20,000 nucleotides of DNA from an uncultured virus (IMG/VR IMGVR_UViG_3300025896_000027) (taxonomy: Duplodnaviria; Heunggongvirae; Uroviricota; Caudoviricetes; Schitoviridae), in IMG/VR virus record IMGVR_UViG_3300025896_000027. One strand, written 5' to 3'. A model generated the notes under the pieces. The model was not told the origin of the DNA and did not search any database. It saw only the letters and a list, made by a program, of their open reading frames with translations. This document shows positions 1 to 7,832 of this stretch, piece after piece. A program made the translations under genes and the position numbers. Within the stretch, counting starts at the first letter, position 1, and every line of letters starts with the position of its first letter.

Positions 1-13
1 CTCTTCTACTCAC

Positions 14-1960
14 TTAGAGAATTTCGCAAACTCCAGCACTACAGGCAAGTTCTCGCACACTGACAGTTTCATCAGTACGTTCGAAGTCACTCAAGGCTTG
101 CCAGTTGAAAGCAGGCATCGTGGCCAGGACAGCCTCGTACTCTTCCTTCGTACATTCGGTGTATGGGGCTTGCTTATAACTGTGATTACTGTGAGGTAAG
201 AAGCTCACACCACCCAGTTGATCGAAGTTCCGATACACCCAATCACCCACACCCAGCCACTCGTGATCCTTCACATAGATCGTGACGGAGACGTTGTGTT
301 CACACCAGTTGGTTTGTACCATCAGGTAATGCTCCAACTGCTCCATGGCTGATCGGTCATTGCGAAACACTGCATGTTCCGGACCAGCTACTGGGAAGCT
401 GAAGACATCGGTGGTTGCACCTTTCAAGTAGCAGTCCTCGACAGGGAATCCTTGCTGACGCATGAGCTGTGCCAGGGGATCCTTCTTGTCGGCACGTACC
501 GTCCGGATGTAATGCTGGGCATACCGTGGATGAATGCCACTGGCACTGTCCACAAGCTGGCTCACCGTTCCCGAAGGCTTCACCGTAGTGATAGCCGTAG
601 ACTGGTTGATGCCCAGCTTCTTAGCCCACTTGGCATTGACAGCAATGGCGTGAGCCTTCATCTCCCGAAGCCATGAAGCTGCTTCCTCATTGGTTTGAGA
701 CAGGATCGGGTGATCCATGATCCCAGTGAGGGACACACCCAGCAGGCGCTCTTCTTCCTGGTTCTTCGCCCAGATCTTTCGCACGTAGCGGAAGTCGGTC
801 AACATGGATTGGTAGGTGCCCATGATGGTGGCGACACGAACCTTGTCCTTCAGATCGTCCAGGGTGTCGGTGTGACGAATGACAACTTCAGAGAGGTTGC
901 ACAGCCCTGCTGAGCGAAGCGTGATCTCGGCACAGGGGTTGGTACCTACGATCTTTGTGGGATCCCTGCGGCCACTGTCCACGGCCTTCTGGATGGCTGC
1001 TGATCGATTGAACACACCACGTTCACCAGATTTGGATTCCACAAGTGAAAGCCATTCCTTCATGAACACTTCCATCTCTGGACGTTCGGTGTATGCAGCC
1101 GAGTTGTTGGCCAGGGCACGCTGAGGCTCGCCCACCCACCATTGGCCGCTCTTGGCAGCACGCATGCGGTCATCGCTGGGGTTGCTCAGACTGATCAGAG
1201 CACTGCGGCGAACGCCTCCCACCACCACGATGTCTGCCACCTTGCAAACCAAGTCATGGCATTCAATGCTGGTGAGCTTTCGACCCACTGCATTCTTGAA
1301 GGTTTCAACGGTGAACTTGAAGAGGTCATCCAATGGTTGAGGGCCACTGGCACGGCCACCGAACACCTTGAGCTTTTCACCGGCTGGCCGGATCTTGGAC
1401 ATATCCCAGGATGGGATGTGGCCTGCGTACAGGTGATCGATCAACTCACGGAAACTGCCTGCCCAACCACCCTTGCTGTCACGCACTACGATGGTGTGAT
1501 CAATGGCTGTGAGGGCATCGACAACGCCTACCGTGGGCTTGTTGTCCTCACCAGCCAATACGGTGGCACCAACAACCGGCAGCTTGTTGACGAACTGCCG
1601 TTCGACACTGAAGCCAACGCCAGTACCACACATCAGGATGTAAAGGATTTCATCGAAAGCTCGGGTGTTGTCAACGGCTACGAACGAACAGTTGAAGCCA
1701 GCCATCGGATCACGTTCCAGTGCAGGGCCTGCGGTCATCAGGGCACGCATGGAAGGCATGGTCTTCAGGGCCAGGATGTGCTGGTAGACCTCATTGGATG
1801 GGTAGTGAGGGAACTTCTGGGCGAAGTAGTCAACGTAGCGTTTGACCGTTTCTGGCCAAGTTTCACGTCGCTGTTCGCTATCGACCCATCGAGCGTATCG
1901 GCTCTTGTGGACGAATTCCTGAAGTGGTGTGGGGAGATGGGCTACTTTGGAATGAGGCAT
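14..1960 (-). CDS. nrdJ: Class II (adenosylcobalamin-dependent) ribonucleotide reductase, monomeric RTPR-like
   Basis: 648-aa ORF with RNR motifs: PSMRALMTAG, FNCSF, GTGVGFSVE, VVVGGVRRSA, GTNPCAEI (thiyl-radical Cys), LCNLSEV, TTVKPSGTVSQL and a C-terminal Cys pair ACSAGVCEI. No ATP-cone and no intein visible. Confidence 0.95.
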   Translation of the reverse strand: MPHSKVAHLPTPLQEFVHKSRYARWVDSEQRRETWPETVKRYVDYFAQKFPHYPSNEVYQHILALKTMPSMRALMTAGPALERDPMAGFNCSFVAVDNTRAFDEILYILMCGTGVGFSVERQFVNKLPVVGATVLAGEDNKPTVGVVDALTAIDHTIVVRDSKGGWAGSFRELIDHLYAGHIPSWDMSKIRPAGEKLKVFGGRASGPQPLDDLFKFTVETFKNAVGRKLTSIECHDLVCKVADIVVVGGVRRSALISLSNPSDDRMRAAKSGQWWVGEPQRALANNSAAYTERPEMEVFMKEWLSLVESKSGERGVFNRSAAIQKAVDSGRRDPTKIVGTNPCAEITLRSAGLCNLSEVVIRHTDTLDDLKDKVRVATIMGTYQSMLTDFRYVRKIWAKNQEEERLLGVSLTGIMDHPILSQTNEEAASWLREMKAHAIAVNAKWAKKLGINQSTAITTVKPSGTVSQLVDSASGIHPRYAQHYIRTVRADKKDPLAQLMRQQGFPVEDCYLKGATTDVFSFPVAGPEHAVFRNDRSAMEQLEHYLMVQTNWCEHNVSVTIYVKDHEWLGVGDWVYRNFDQLGGVSFLPHSNHSYKQAPYTECTKEEYEAVLATMPAFNWQALSDFERTDETVSVRELACSAGVCEIL

Positions 1961-1990
1961 TACAGCTCTGCTTTCTGGTTTCCTGAGGAC

Positions 1991-2034
1991 AAAAAAAGAG
2001 CCAAGCTCTCCAGGAAGGTGAAAGCTTTGGCTCT
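1991..2034 (-). terminator. Rho-independent terminator-like hairpin between thyX and nrdJ
   Basis: Imperfect inverted repeat agagccaagct...agctttggctct next to an A7 run on + (1991-1997), which reads as a stem-loop followed by a U7 tract on the minus strand. Confidence 0.7.
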
Positions 2035-2100
2035 GTAAAACCTCGCAATGGATGTTTTACTTCAACCAAAAGCCAGGAAGGCTTCTGGTTTTCACTCGGA

Positions 2101-2838
2101 TCAGTAGGCACCCTTGGTCAATGCAGCCCAGCTCACAGGAAAGAGGGGTGCAATGATGGCGTCGATTTCAGCCGCCAAAAGTTGGATCTCCATTTGAGCA
2201 TGAGAATCGGTGCGTTGATTCACCATGTTCGAAAAAGCGTAGAGAGAGCCTGTCCACACCCAGTTCACTTCACAGCCTTGAGGTAGGACGAAGCGGGCTT
2301 GTTCTGGGCAGATGTCAGAAGCAACCATCTCTTCATAGAGTTGTACGGCCTTGCGAACAGACATTTCATACTCTGTGAGCCAGAACTCCGATTGAGGGTG
2401 GATGTCCCCACTACCCTGCTTGACGTTCGCAGCTTTGGCTCTCAAGTACGGTGGAATGAATACTTCTGGCTTTGAAGAGATGTAGCGTCGAGACTCTTCT
2501 GACTCCACGAAGCCAATCTTATGCTTAAAACACTGCACTCTGATTGGGATTGGGGCTTGCATACGCAGAGTGATTTGAGGATGCCCGAATGGCACCCAGT
2601 GCTCTGGAATGTTACGCATGTACACAGCCATATCATGGGCTGCTTGTTTAGTATCCAAATGCTGTAGCCCGGCAATCAGAGTTTCCCAGTCACCTGATTG
2701 CATACCTCTGGCAAGGAAGCGAATCAGATTGTTGTTCTGTTCTTCTGAGAAATTCTCAGCCAGCTTGGCAAAAGATTGCCTAGCATAGTTCGCAACATCC
2801 TTATCGGTGAGATAATGATTTTCGTAGATAGCTTTCAT
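2101..2838 (-). CDS. thyX: FAD-dependent thymidylate synthase
   Basis: 245 aa with NYARQSF (cf. NAARVSF), HWVPFGH, a phage-type ThyX motif KHKIGFVESEESRRY, PEQARFVLPQ, WTGSLYAF, HAQMEIQ and FPVSWAAL. Confidence 0.93.
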   Translation of the reverse strand: MKAIYENHYLTDKDVANYARQSFAKLAENFSEEQNNNLIRFLARGMQSGDWETLIAGLQHLDTKQAAHDMAVYMRNIPEHWVPFGHPQITLRMQAPIPIRVQCFKHKIGFVESEESRRYISSKPEVFIPPYLRAKAANVKQGSGDIHPQSEFWLTEYEMSVRKAVQLYEEMVASDICPEQARFVLPQGCEVNWVWTGSLYAFSNMVNQRTDSHAQMEIQLLAAEIDAIIAPLFPVSWAALTKGAY

Positions 2839-2887
2839 TGGTTTCTTTCAGTTGGTGAGGGAAATCCGCTTACTTAGAGGGTGACTT

Positions 2888-5800
2888 ATGTCTGGTACGT
2901 GCGGAACTGGTGGATGGGGCGGCCCGTTACCGGGGGATCCCGATAACAACTCCATCCTGACGGTGACTCCTGCCTTTGGCGGGATTGATGTTTCCTGGAC
3001 CTATCCGACAACCAATCCGTTCGCTGTAGCTCACACGGTTGTTTATCGTGGGCTAACTGACGATCCATTGGGTGCCACGATTCGGTCGATCACTGGTGGT
3101 GATCTGTTCTATGACAAGACAGACAATGAACTGTCTATCGAGTACTTCTATTGGATTAAGCACGTCTCGATCAATGGCACTCAGGGTGAAATGATCGGGC
3201 CTGCTTCGGCCATTGCCCGTCCTACCATCGAACAAACGATGGAGATGCTGGCCAACCGAATCGACACAGGAATGCTGGGTACTGCTTTGAAAGCAGACCT
3301 TGGAAAAATTACTTTGTTGGAGGGCTCTCTTTCTGAAGAAGTGGTTGCTCGTATCGCTTCACGAGATGAGCTGATCGTCGCAGTGGGTAACCTTCAAGGC
3401 ACCATTAATGAAGCCATCACGCTTGTAGAGACTGAGGTCGTAGAACGTACCAGCGATTCAGAAGCATTTGCTGCTTCTTTGAACTTGGTTGTTACTGGTT
3501 TGGGAGATTCCATTGCTGCTGTGGCAGTTGAGATGGAAGCCCTGAGCACTGACACCGCTGCTATTACATCCTGGCAAGCGGTGACGGAGGCCACCCTGAA
3601 CGGTGATGTGGCCTTGGGGGAGATCGGTCTTGTTGCCAAGGTTGAGGAACAGGCTGACAAGACAACTGCCATCGGTGCCCTTTACACGGCCAAGCTTTCA
3701 GTCAATGGTTTGATTGGTGGCTTTGGTGTCTACAACGATGGGACGCTTGTTGAAGCTGGTTTCGATGTAGACAACTTCTGGGTTGGTAGGACTGGCCCTG
3801 ACAAGGTGAAGCCATTTGTTATTGAGGGCGGTGAAGTCTTCATGGACGAAGCTGTCATCAACAAGCTGACCTTCAACAAGCTCAGGTCTGCAGACGGTAA
3901 TGTCATTGTTGAGGATGGCAAGATCAAAGCCGAGTTTCTGACTCTGGAAGGTCTTGAAGTTGTTGATGAGTTGGGCAACGTCATCTTGGGTGCTGGGGTA
4001 GATCTGGACTGGTCACGTATTGGTGGGTCCAATAAGCCAGCCGATGGAGCGACTCGTAACGTAGCCAGAGGTCTTTGGACTTCAGGCACGTTGTACCTTC
4101 CTGGAGATTCAGTATTCGAGGCGGGTTACGGCTGGTCTTGCATCTTCGAACATACCTCTTCCGGTGTGGTGACTCCACCTACTTATCCGGTGACGGAGAA
4201 CACCTACTGGGTGCTTCAAACTATTGGCGGTGCTGACGGTGCCAACGGTAGTCGTACTGCCATCTTGGACATGTACCAGTGGGCTGCTGCTGCACCCACG
4301 ACATTCCCGGTAGGCACCTCAACATACACATGGGCAACGGGGCAATTCACTGCACCCAGCACATTGAATGGCTGGTCCTTGACGCCTTCTGCTGCTGTAG
4401 CAGGGCAGACCTTGTGGACCTGTCGTACAGTGTTTGTGGATTCGCTGACCTCAGCTACTAGCTCGGTAACCTGGGCTGCTACTGTAGCCCGTGCTCAAGG
4501 TGCTGCCGGTACTCCAGGCAGTCCAGGTAGTCCGGGTACTGATGGGGCCAATGGAGCCCGCACAGCGGTTCTGGAGCTGTACAGGTGGGCTGCTGGTACC
4601 CCGGTGACTTTCCCATCGGGGTCGTCTACCTACACCTGGAATACAGGCGCTTTTACTGCACCAGCAACCCTGAATGGTTGGAGTCTGACTCCCGGTGCTG
4701 CGGTGGCTGGACAAACTCTTTGGGGATGCAGCGTCAACTATGTAGACACAGGTACGTCAGCTACTTCAGCAGTTGCTTGGAGTACTGCCACGGCATATGC
4801 CTTGGGTGCTGCAGGTACGAATGGTGCCAATACTATTCTTGGCTTGTTGTCTAATGAAGTACACACGATACCTACTGCCGCAGATGGCAGCGGTGGTGTA
4901 TTCACTGGGGCTAACACAACCCTAACCATCTATAACGGTGCTACGGATGATTCTGCAAACTGGACTTTTTCAGTTACCAAAGTCAATGTGATTTGTACGG
5001 AGAGTTCAACTAGCCGTACTCAAACAGTGACTGCGATGTCTGCAGATACCGGGTACGTGGAATTCACTGCATCACGAGCTGGCTATGTCAATATCGTGAA
5101 ACGTTTTACTCTGACTAAGAGTAAGGCAGGGATTGCTGGCAGCAATGGTCTTGATGGGATAGACGGGGATACGGGTCCAATGGGGCCTGCTGTTCAGATT
5201 ACCTCCAATCGTGCTTCAACCTTTACAGCAACGGATGGAACACTGGATATTGGTCAGTCAATCATCACGTTCACTGCTAATACCAGTGGCTTGACGTTGC
5301 CTACCTATGTATGGACATTCTCTGGTTTTGAGATTACACCTACCAACTTTGGGGTAGCCAATCAATCGGTATCTGCTGCTCAGTTTGGCACGGCTAAATC
5401 TGCCACGGTAACCTGTACGGTCAATGGCACCTATACAGATGTCATTACGATTGTTCGTCTGGAGAAGAGTACTGCTCAAGCTGGGGCTACGGTAGGTGCT
5501 CCTGCTGGTACCAATGTGGGCGGGGTACCTGTAGAGACTCTGGTGGCATCGGTAAGTGCTGCCACTACTGCTCTGACAAATAAGCTAAACAAAACAGGAG
5601 ATACGATCACTGGTCGAATTTCGCTAGGTGTTGCTGATGGCTTGTTTGTTGGTACGGATACCAACAACGGTGTCTATATGGGCAGTGGGGGCTTGGTATC
5701 TAAGAAAGCCGGGGTGACTAAGTTTGTGTTGTCCCCTACAGGGGATGCCTTGTTTGCCGGTTCATTGGATGCAGCATCTGGGACATTTGCAGGAACGCTG

Positions 5801-6244
5801 ACGGCGGCGGCGATTGAGGCCGTTGATTCGGTAAATATCAGGAATAATGCCGTGGTCATTCCTGTTGCTGCAGAATGGGCAGGCACCCTCAATAATAATT
5901 TCGGCTATGTCACAGGAACAGCATCTGTTGATAGTCGCGGCGGTGCCGTATCTATTACATGCTCCGTAACGATGAATGTGATGGGCACGAATACAGGCCC
6001 CGTCAATATCCATATATTCAGAGACGGCTATCCTGTCAAGGTTATTTCTTTTGGCGACGCCCCCCGTGGTGCTAATACATTTGGAGTTGGGAAAAAAAGC
6101 ACAGTTACTGGGGTATTTATTGACAACCCAGGCTCAGGCCCGCACAGCTATCAAATAGGCGGGACCATTTCTGACGCGAGCCTTTTCACGATAACTAAGG
6201 CTGTTATTTGTTGTGTTGTCGCCGTCAAGCTCGGCCCTATTTAA
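2888..6244 (+). CDS. Long tail fibre / host-specificity (receptor-binding) protein
   Basis: 1118 aa with SD GAGG upstream. It has an N-terminal FnIII-like segment (GGIDVSWTYP...YFYWIKHVSING), a helical/coiled region, a lambda-J/DUF1983-like segment (YTAKLSVNGLIGGFGVYN...FDVDNFWVG...PFVIEGGEVFMDEAVI), Gly-X-Y collagen-like linkers, a duplicated ~100-aa domain and a beta-rich C-terminal tip. Confidence 0.85.
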   Translation: MSGTCGTGGWGGPLPGDPDNNSILTVTPAFGGIDVSWTYPTTNPFAVAHTVVYRGLTDDPLGATIRSITGGDLFYDKTDNELSIEYFYWIKHVSINGTQGEMIGPASAIARPTIEQTMEMLANRIDTGMLGTALKADLGKITLLEGSLSEEVVARIASRDELIVAVGNLQGTINEAITLVETEVVERTSDSEAFAASLNLVVTGLGDSIAAVAVEMEALSTDTAAITSWQAVTEATLNGDVALGEIGLVAKVEEQADKTTAIGALYTAKLSVNGLIGGFGVYNDGTLVEAGFDVDNFWVGRTGPDKVKPFVIEGGEVFMDEAVINKLTFNKLRSADGNVIVEDGKIKAEFLTLEGLEVVDELGNVILGAGVDLDWSRIGGSNKPADGATRNVARGLWTSGTLYLPGDSVFEAGYGWSCIFEHTSSGVVTPPTYPVTENTYWVLQTIGGADGANGSRTAILDMYQWAAAAPTTFPVGTSTYTWATGQFTAPSTLNGWSLTPSAAVAGQTLWTCRTVFVDSLTSATSSVTWAATVARAQGAAGTPGSPGSPGTDGANGARTAVLELYRWAAGTPVTFPSGSSTYTWNTGAFTAPATLNGWSLTPGAAVAGQTLWGCSVNYVDTGTSATSAVAWSTATAYALGAAGTNGANTILGLLSNEVHTIPTAADGSGGVFTGANTTLTIYNGATDDSANWTFSVTKVNVICTESSTSRTQTVTAMSADTGYVEFTASRAGYVNIVKRFTLTKSKAGIAGSNGLDGIDGDTGPMGPAVQITSNRASTFTATDGTLDIGQSIITFTANTSGLTLPTYVWTFSGFEITPTNFGVANQSVSAAQFGTAKSATVTCTVNGTYTDVITIVRLEKSTAQAGATVGAPAGTNVGGVPVETLVASVSAATTALTNKLNKTGDTITGRISLGVADGLFVGTDTNNGVYMGSGGLVSKKAGVTKFVLSPTGDALFAGSLDAASGTFAGTLTAAAIEAVDSVNIRNNAVVIPVAAEWAGTLNNNFGYVTGTASVDSRGGAVSITCSVTMNVMGTNTGPVNIHIFRDGYPVKVISFGDAPRGANTFGVGKKSTVTGVFIDNPGSGPHSYQIGGTISDASLFTITKAVICCVVAVKLGPI
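4229..4825 (+). repeat. Tandem duplication of a ~100-aa domain (period 306 nt) within the tail fibre
   Basis: Copy 1 (from 4229): GADGANGSRTAILDMYQWAAAAPTTFPVGTSTYTWATGQFTAPSTLNGWSLTPSAAVAGQTLW. Copy 2 (from 4535): GTDGANGARTAVLELYRWAAGTPVTFPSGSSTYTWNTGAFTAPATLNGWSLTPGAAVAGQTLW. Confidence 0.93.
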
Positions 6245-6253
6245 AAAAACATC

Positions 6254-6838
6254 ATGATCAAAGTTTGCTACTTCACCCAAGCCGACGGACAGGTGTTTTC
6301 AGCCCTCACCGGCCCGTCGCTGGAGGGTATGCCAGAGGCACCGCCCGGTCAGCTTGCAACCCTCACAGATTACAGCGGCCCTCTACCGGCCTACTGGAAT
6401 GGTGAATCGGTCCAAGCAATCCCAGATCAGCCCTCCACTGCACATGTCTGGAACTGGGCCACCAAGCAGTGGATACACAGCCTGACTGAAGCCAGGGTTC
6501 AAGCATGGGACCGTATCAAGGCATCCAGGGATGCTGCTGAGTTCGGCACTTTCACCTGGAATGGTCATGTCTTTGATGGTGATTCAGAGAGTCAACGAAG
6601 GATCCAAGGTGCTGCTCAATTGGCTATTCTGGCTCAAGCCATGGGACAGCCTTTCAGCATTGATTGGACATTAGCGAACAACGCCCAAGTAGCACTGTCT
6701 GCTTCTGACATGGTGGGTGTAGGTAGTGCATTGGGGCAGAAGGTAAGTTCTGTACATGGCACTGCCAGAGGTCTTCGTGAGGTTATTCAAGAAGCACTCA
6801 CTCAGAATCAACTGGATGCAATCCAGTGGCCTAGTTAA
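6254..6838 (+). CDS. DUF4376-like tail-fibre-associated/assembly protein
   Basis: 194 aa directly after the fibre, with QPSTAHVWNWATKQW, WDRIKASRDAAE, FDGDSESQRRIQGA, IDWTLANN and the C-terminus LDAIQWP, typical of DUF4376/tail fibre assembly proteins. Confidence 0.8.
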   Translation: MIKVCYFTQADGQVFSALTGPSLEGMPEAPPGQLATLTDYSGPLPAYWNGESVQAIPDQPSTAHVWNWATKQWIHSLTEARVQAWDRIKASRDAAEFGTFTWNGHVFDGDSESQRRIQGAAQLAILAQAMGQPFSIDWTLANNAQVALSASDMVGVGSALGQKVSSVHGTARGLREVIQEALTQNQLDAIQWPS

Positions 6839-6929
6839 GTTAAATCCGAGATGACATCCTCTATGCACTTACAAAGCTGATAGAGTGCATGCCATCAAGA
6901 ATTGTTTACGCATACACCAAAGGTGCATC

Positions 6930-7247
6930 ATGAAACGTACTGCCCCCATCCTTCAATCCAACGTCACCAAAGCTGAAGCGGGTCTTTGGCATGAGACGGG
7001 GGGTTTTGTTCATTCAGTTGAAGCCATGTTGGCTCCTGGTGCCACGGCTGCTGTGATTGACATCTATGGCAGTAACTTGGGCAAAGGTAAGGGAGTGAAG
7101 TTCGCCACCATTACCTTGTCTGCTGACACTCCTACTGATGGCTTCACTGCTGGCATTCGTGCAGATGGCTGGATGTATGTTCGCTCTACAGTTGTGTCTA
7201 ACACAGGGACTGTTGAAGCAATCGCAGCTTGTGTTGGACAGGAGTAA
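6930..7247 (+). CDS. Small beta-rich hypothetical protein (105 aa), possible spike/fibre adaptor
   Basis: ATG at 6930 with SD-like AAGGTG is preferred over the ORF-track start at 6885. Alternating beta-strand pattern (VIDIYGSN, TITLS, DGF, WMYVRSTVV). Adaptor role is inference. Confidence 0.65.
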   Translation: MKRTAPILQSNVTKAEAGLWHETGGFVHSVEAMLAPGATAAVIDIYGSNLGKGKGVKFATITLSADTPTDGFTAGIRADGWMYVRSTVVSNTGTVEAIAACVGQE

Positions 7248-7249
7248 TC

Positions 7250-7831
7250 ATGTCAGTAACCATCATCGATAAGCAGTTACCTCAGCCTGTTGGCACCTCT
7301 GGCGCGGAGTTCGTGCCTGGGGATGCGGGATCACCCTGGGTATTCGCTGCCTCCAGCTTTGGAACCAAACGCGTCGGCGATGGCACTGCGGATACTGCGA
7401 CACCTGCGGTCATGATCCCTGCCGATGTGGTGATTCCTCCAGGCATTCTGACTGTCGGCACCTGTGTTGAAATCTATTGGGAGATTACGCACACGACGGC
7501 CAGTGGCAACTTCGATCCTGTGGTTTACCCAGTGCTGTCGTCCTACCCGAACAGCTTGGGGTGCGATGGCCTGCGGATTCAGCCTGGTGGTGCAGCCACG
7601 GAGCGTGGCGGCTCCGGACTGCTGCGGTTCGTCGTCGATACCCCAGCGAGCCAGCACATTCTGGCGAACCCGGCAAACCTGGGGGACACGGGCAACCCGC
7701 CGCAGAAGACGACTTGGGATGTCCTGAACAACGGGCTGAACATCAACCTCGTCAGCGAATTCCCTGCCAACGCCCCCGCTTCAGAGTCTGTGACGCTGAA
7801 GTATTACTCCATCACCATCGTGAAGGCCTGA
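7250..7831 (+). CDS. Hypothetical beta-rich virion-associated protein (193 aa)
   Basis: ATG at 7250 with strong SD AGGAG. Beta-rich. N-terminus MSVTIIDKQLPQP resembles that of the 9497 protein. Confidence 0.7.
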   Translation: MSVTIIDKQLPQPVGTSGAEFVPGDAGSPWVFAASSFGTKRVGDGTADTATPAVMIPADVVIPPGILTVGTCVEIYWEITHTTASGNFDPVVYPVLSSYPNSLGCDGLRIQPGGAATERGGSGLLRFVVDTPASQHILANPANLGDTGNPPQKTTWDVLNNGLNINLVSEFPANAPASESVTLKYYSITIVKA

Positions 7832-7832
7832 C

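Noticed and set aside
1142..2038. 298-aa plus-strand ORF, and similar long antisense ORFs at 16076-16975, 18333-19085 and 9575-10222
   Set aside because: They lie antisense to well-supported genes, show no motifs, and are expected shadows of biased codon usage.
1878..2111. 77-aa minus-strand ORF spanning the thyX-nrdJ gap
   Set aside because: It runs through a terminator hairpin, overlaps nrdJ out of frame and does not look protein-like.
2480..2535. ThyX motif deviates from the canonical RHRxxSxxxxSxR
   Set aside because: KH-type variants are common in phage ThyX, and the SRRY serine is retained.
6239..6256. Tail fibre and DUF4376 gene are in the same frame, separated by TAA and an A-run: possible read-through or frameshift fusion
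   Set aside because: UAA is a strong stop, the T-TTA-AAA heptamer is not in the fibre's frame, and a fibre followed by a separate assembly gene is the normal arrangement.
6859..6890. Short inverted repeat atgcact...agtgcat in the 6839-6929 gap
   Set aside because: 7-bp stem with a long loop and no U-tract; too weak to call a terminator or operator.
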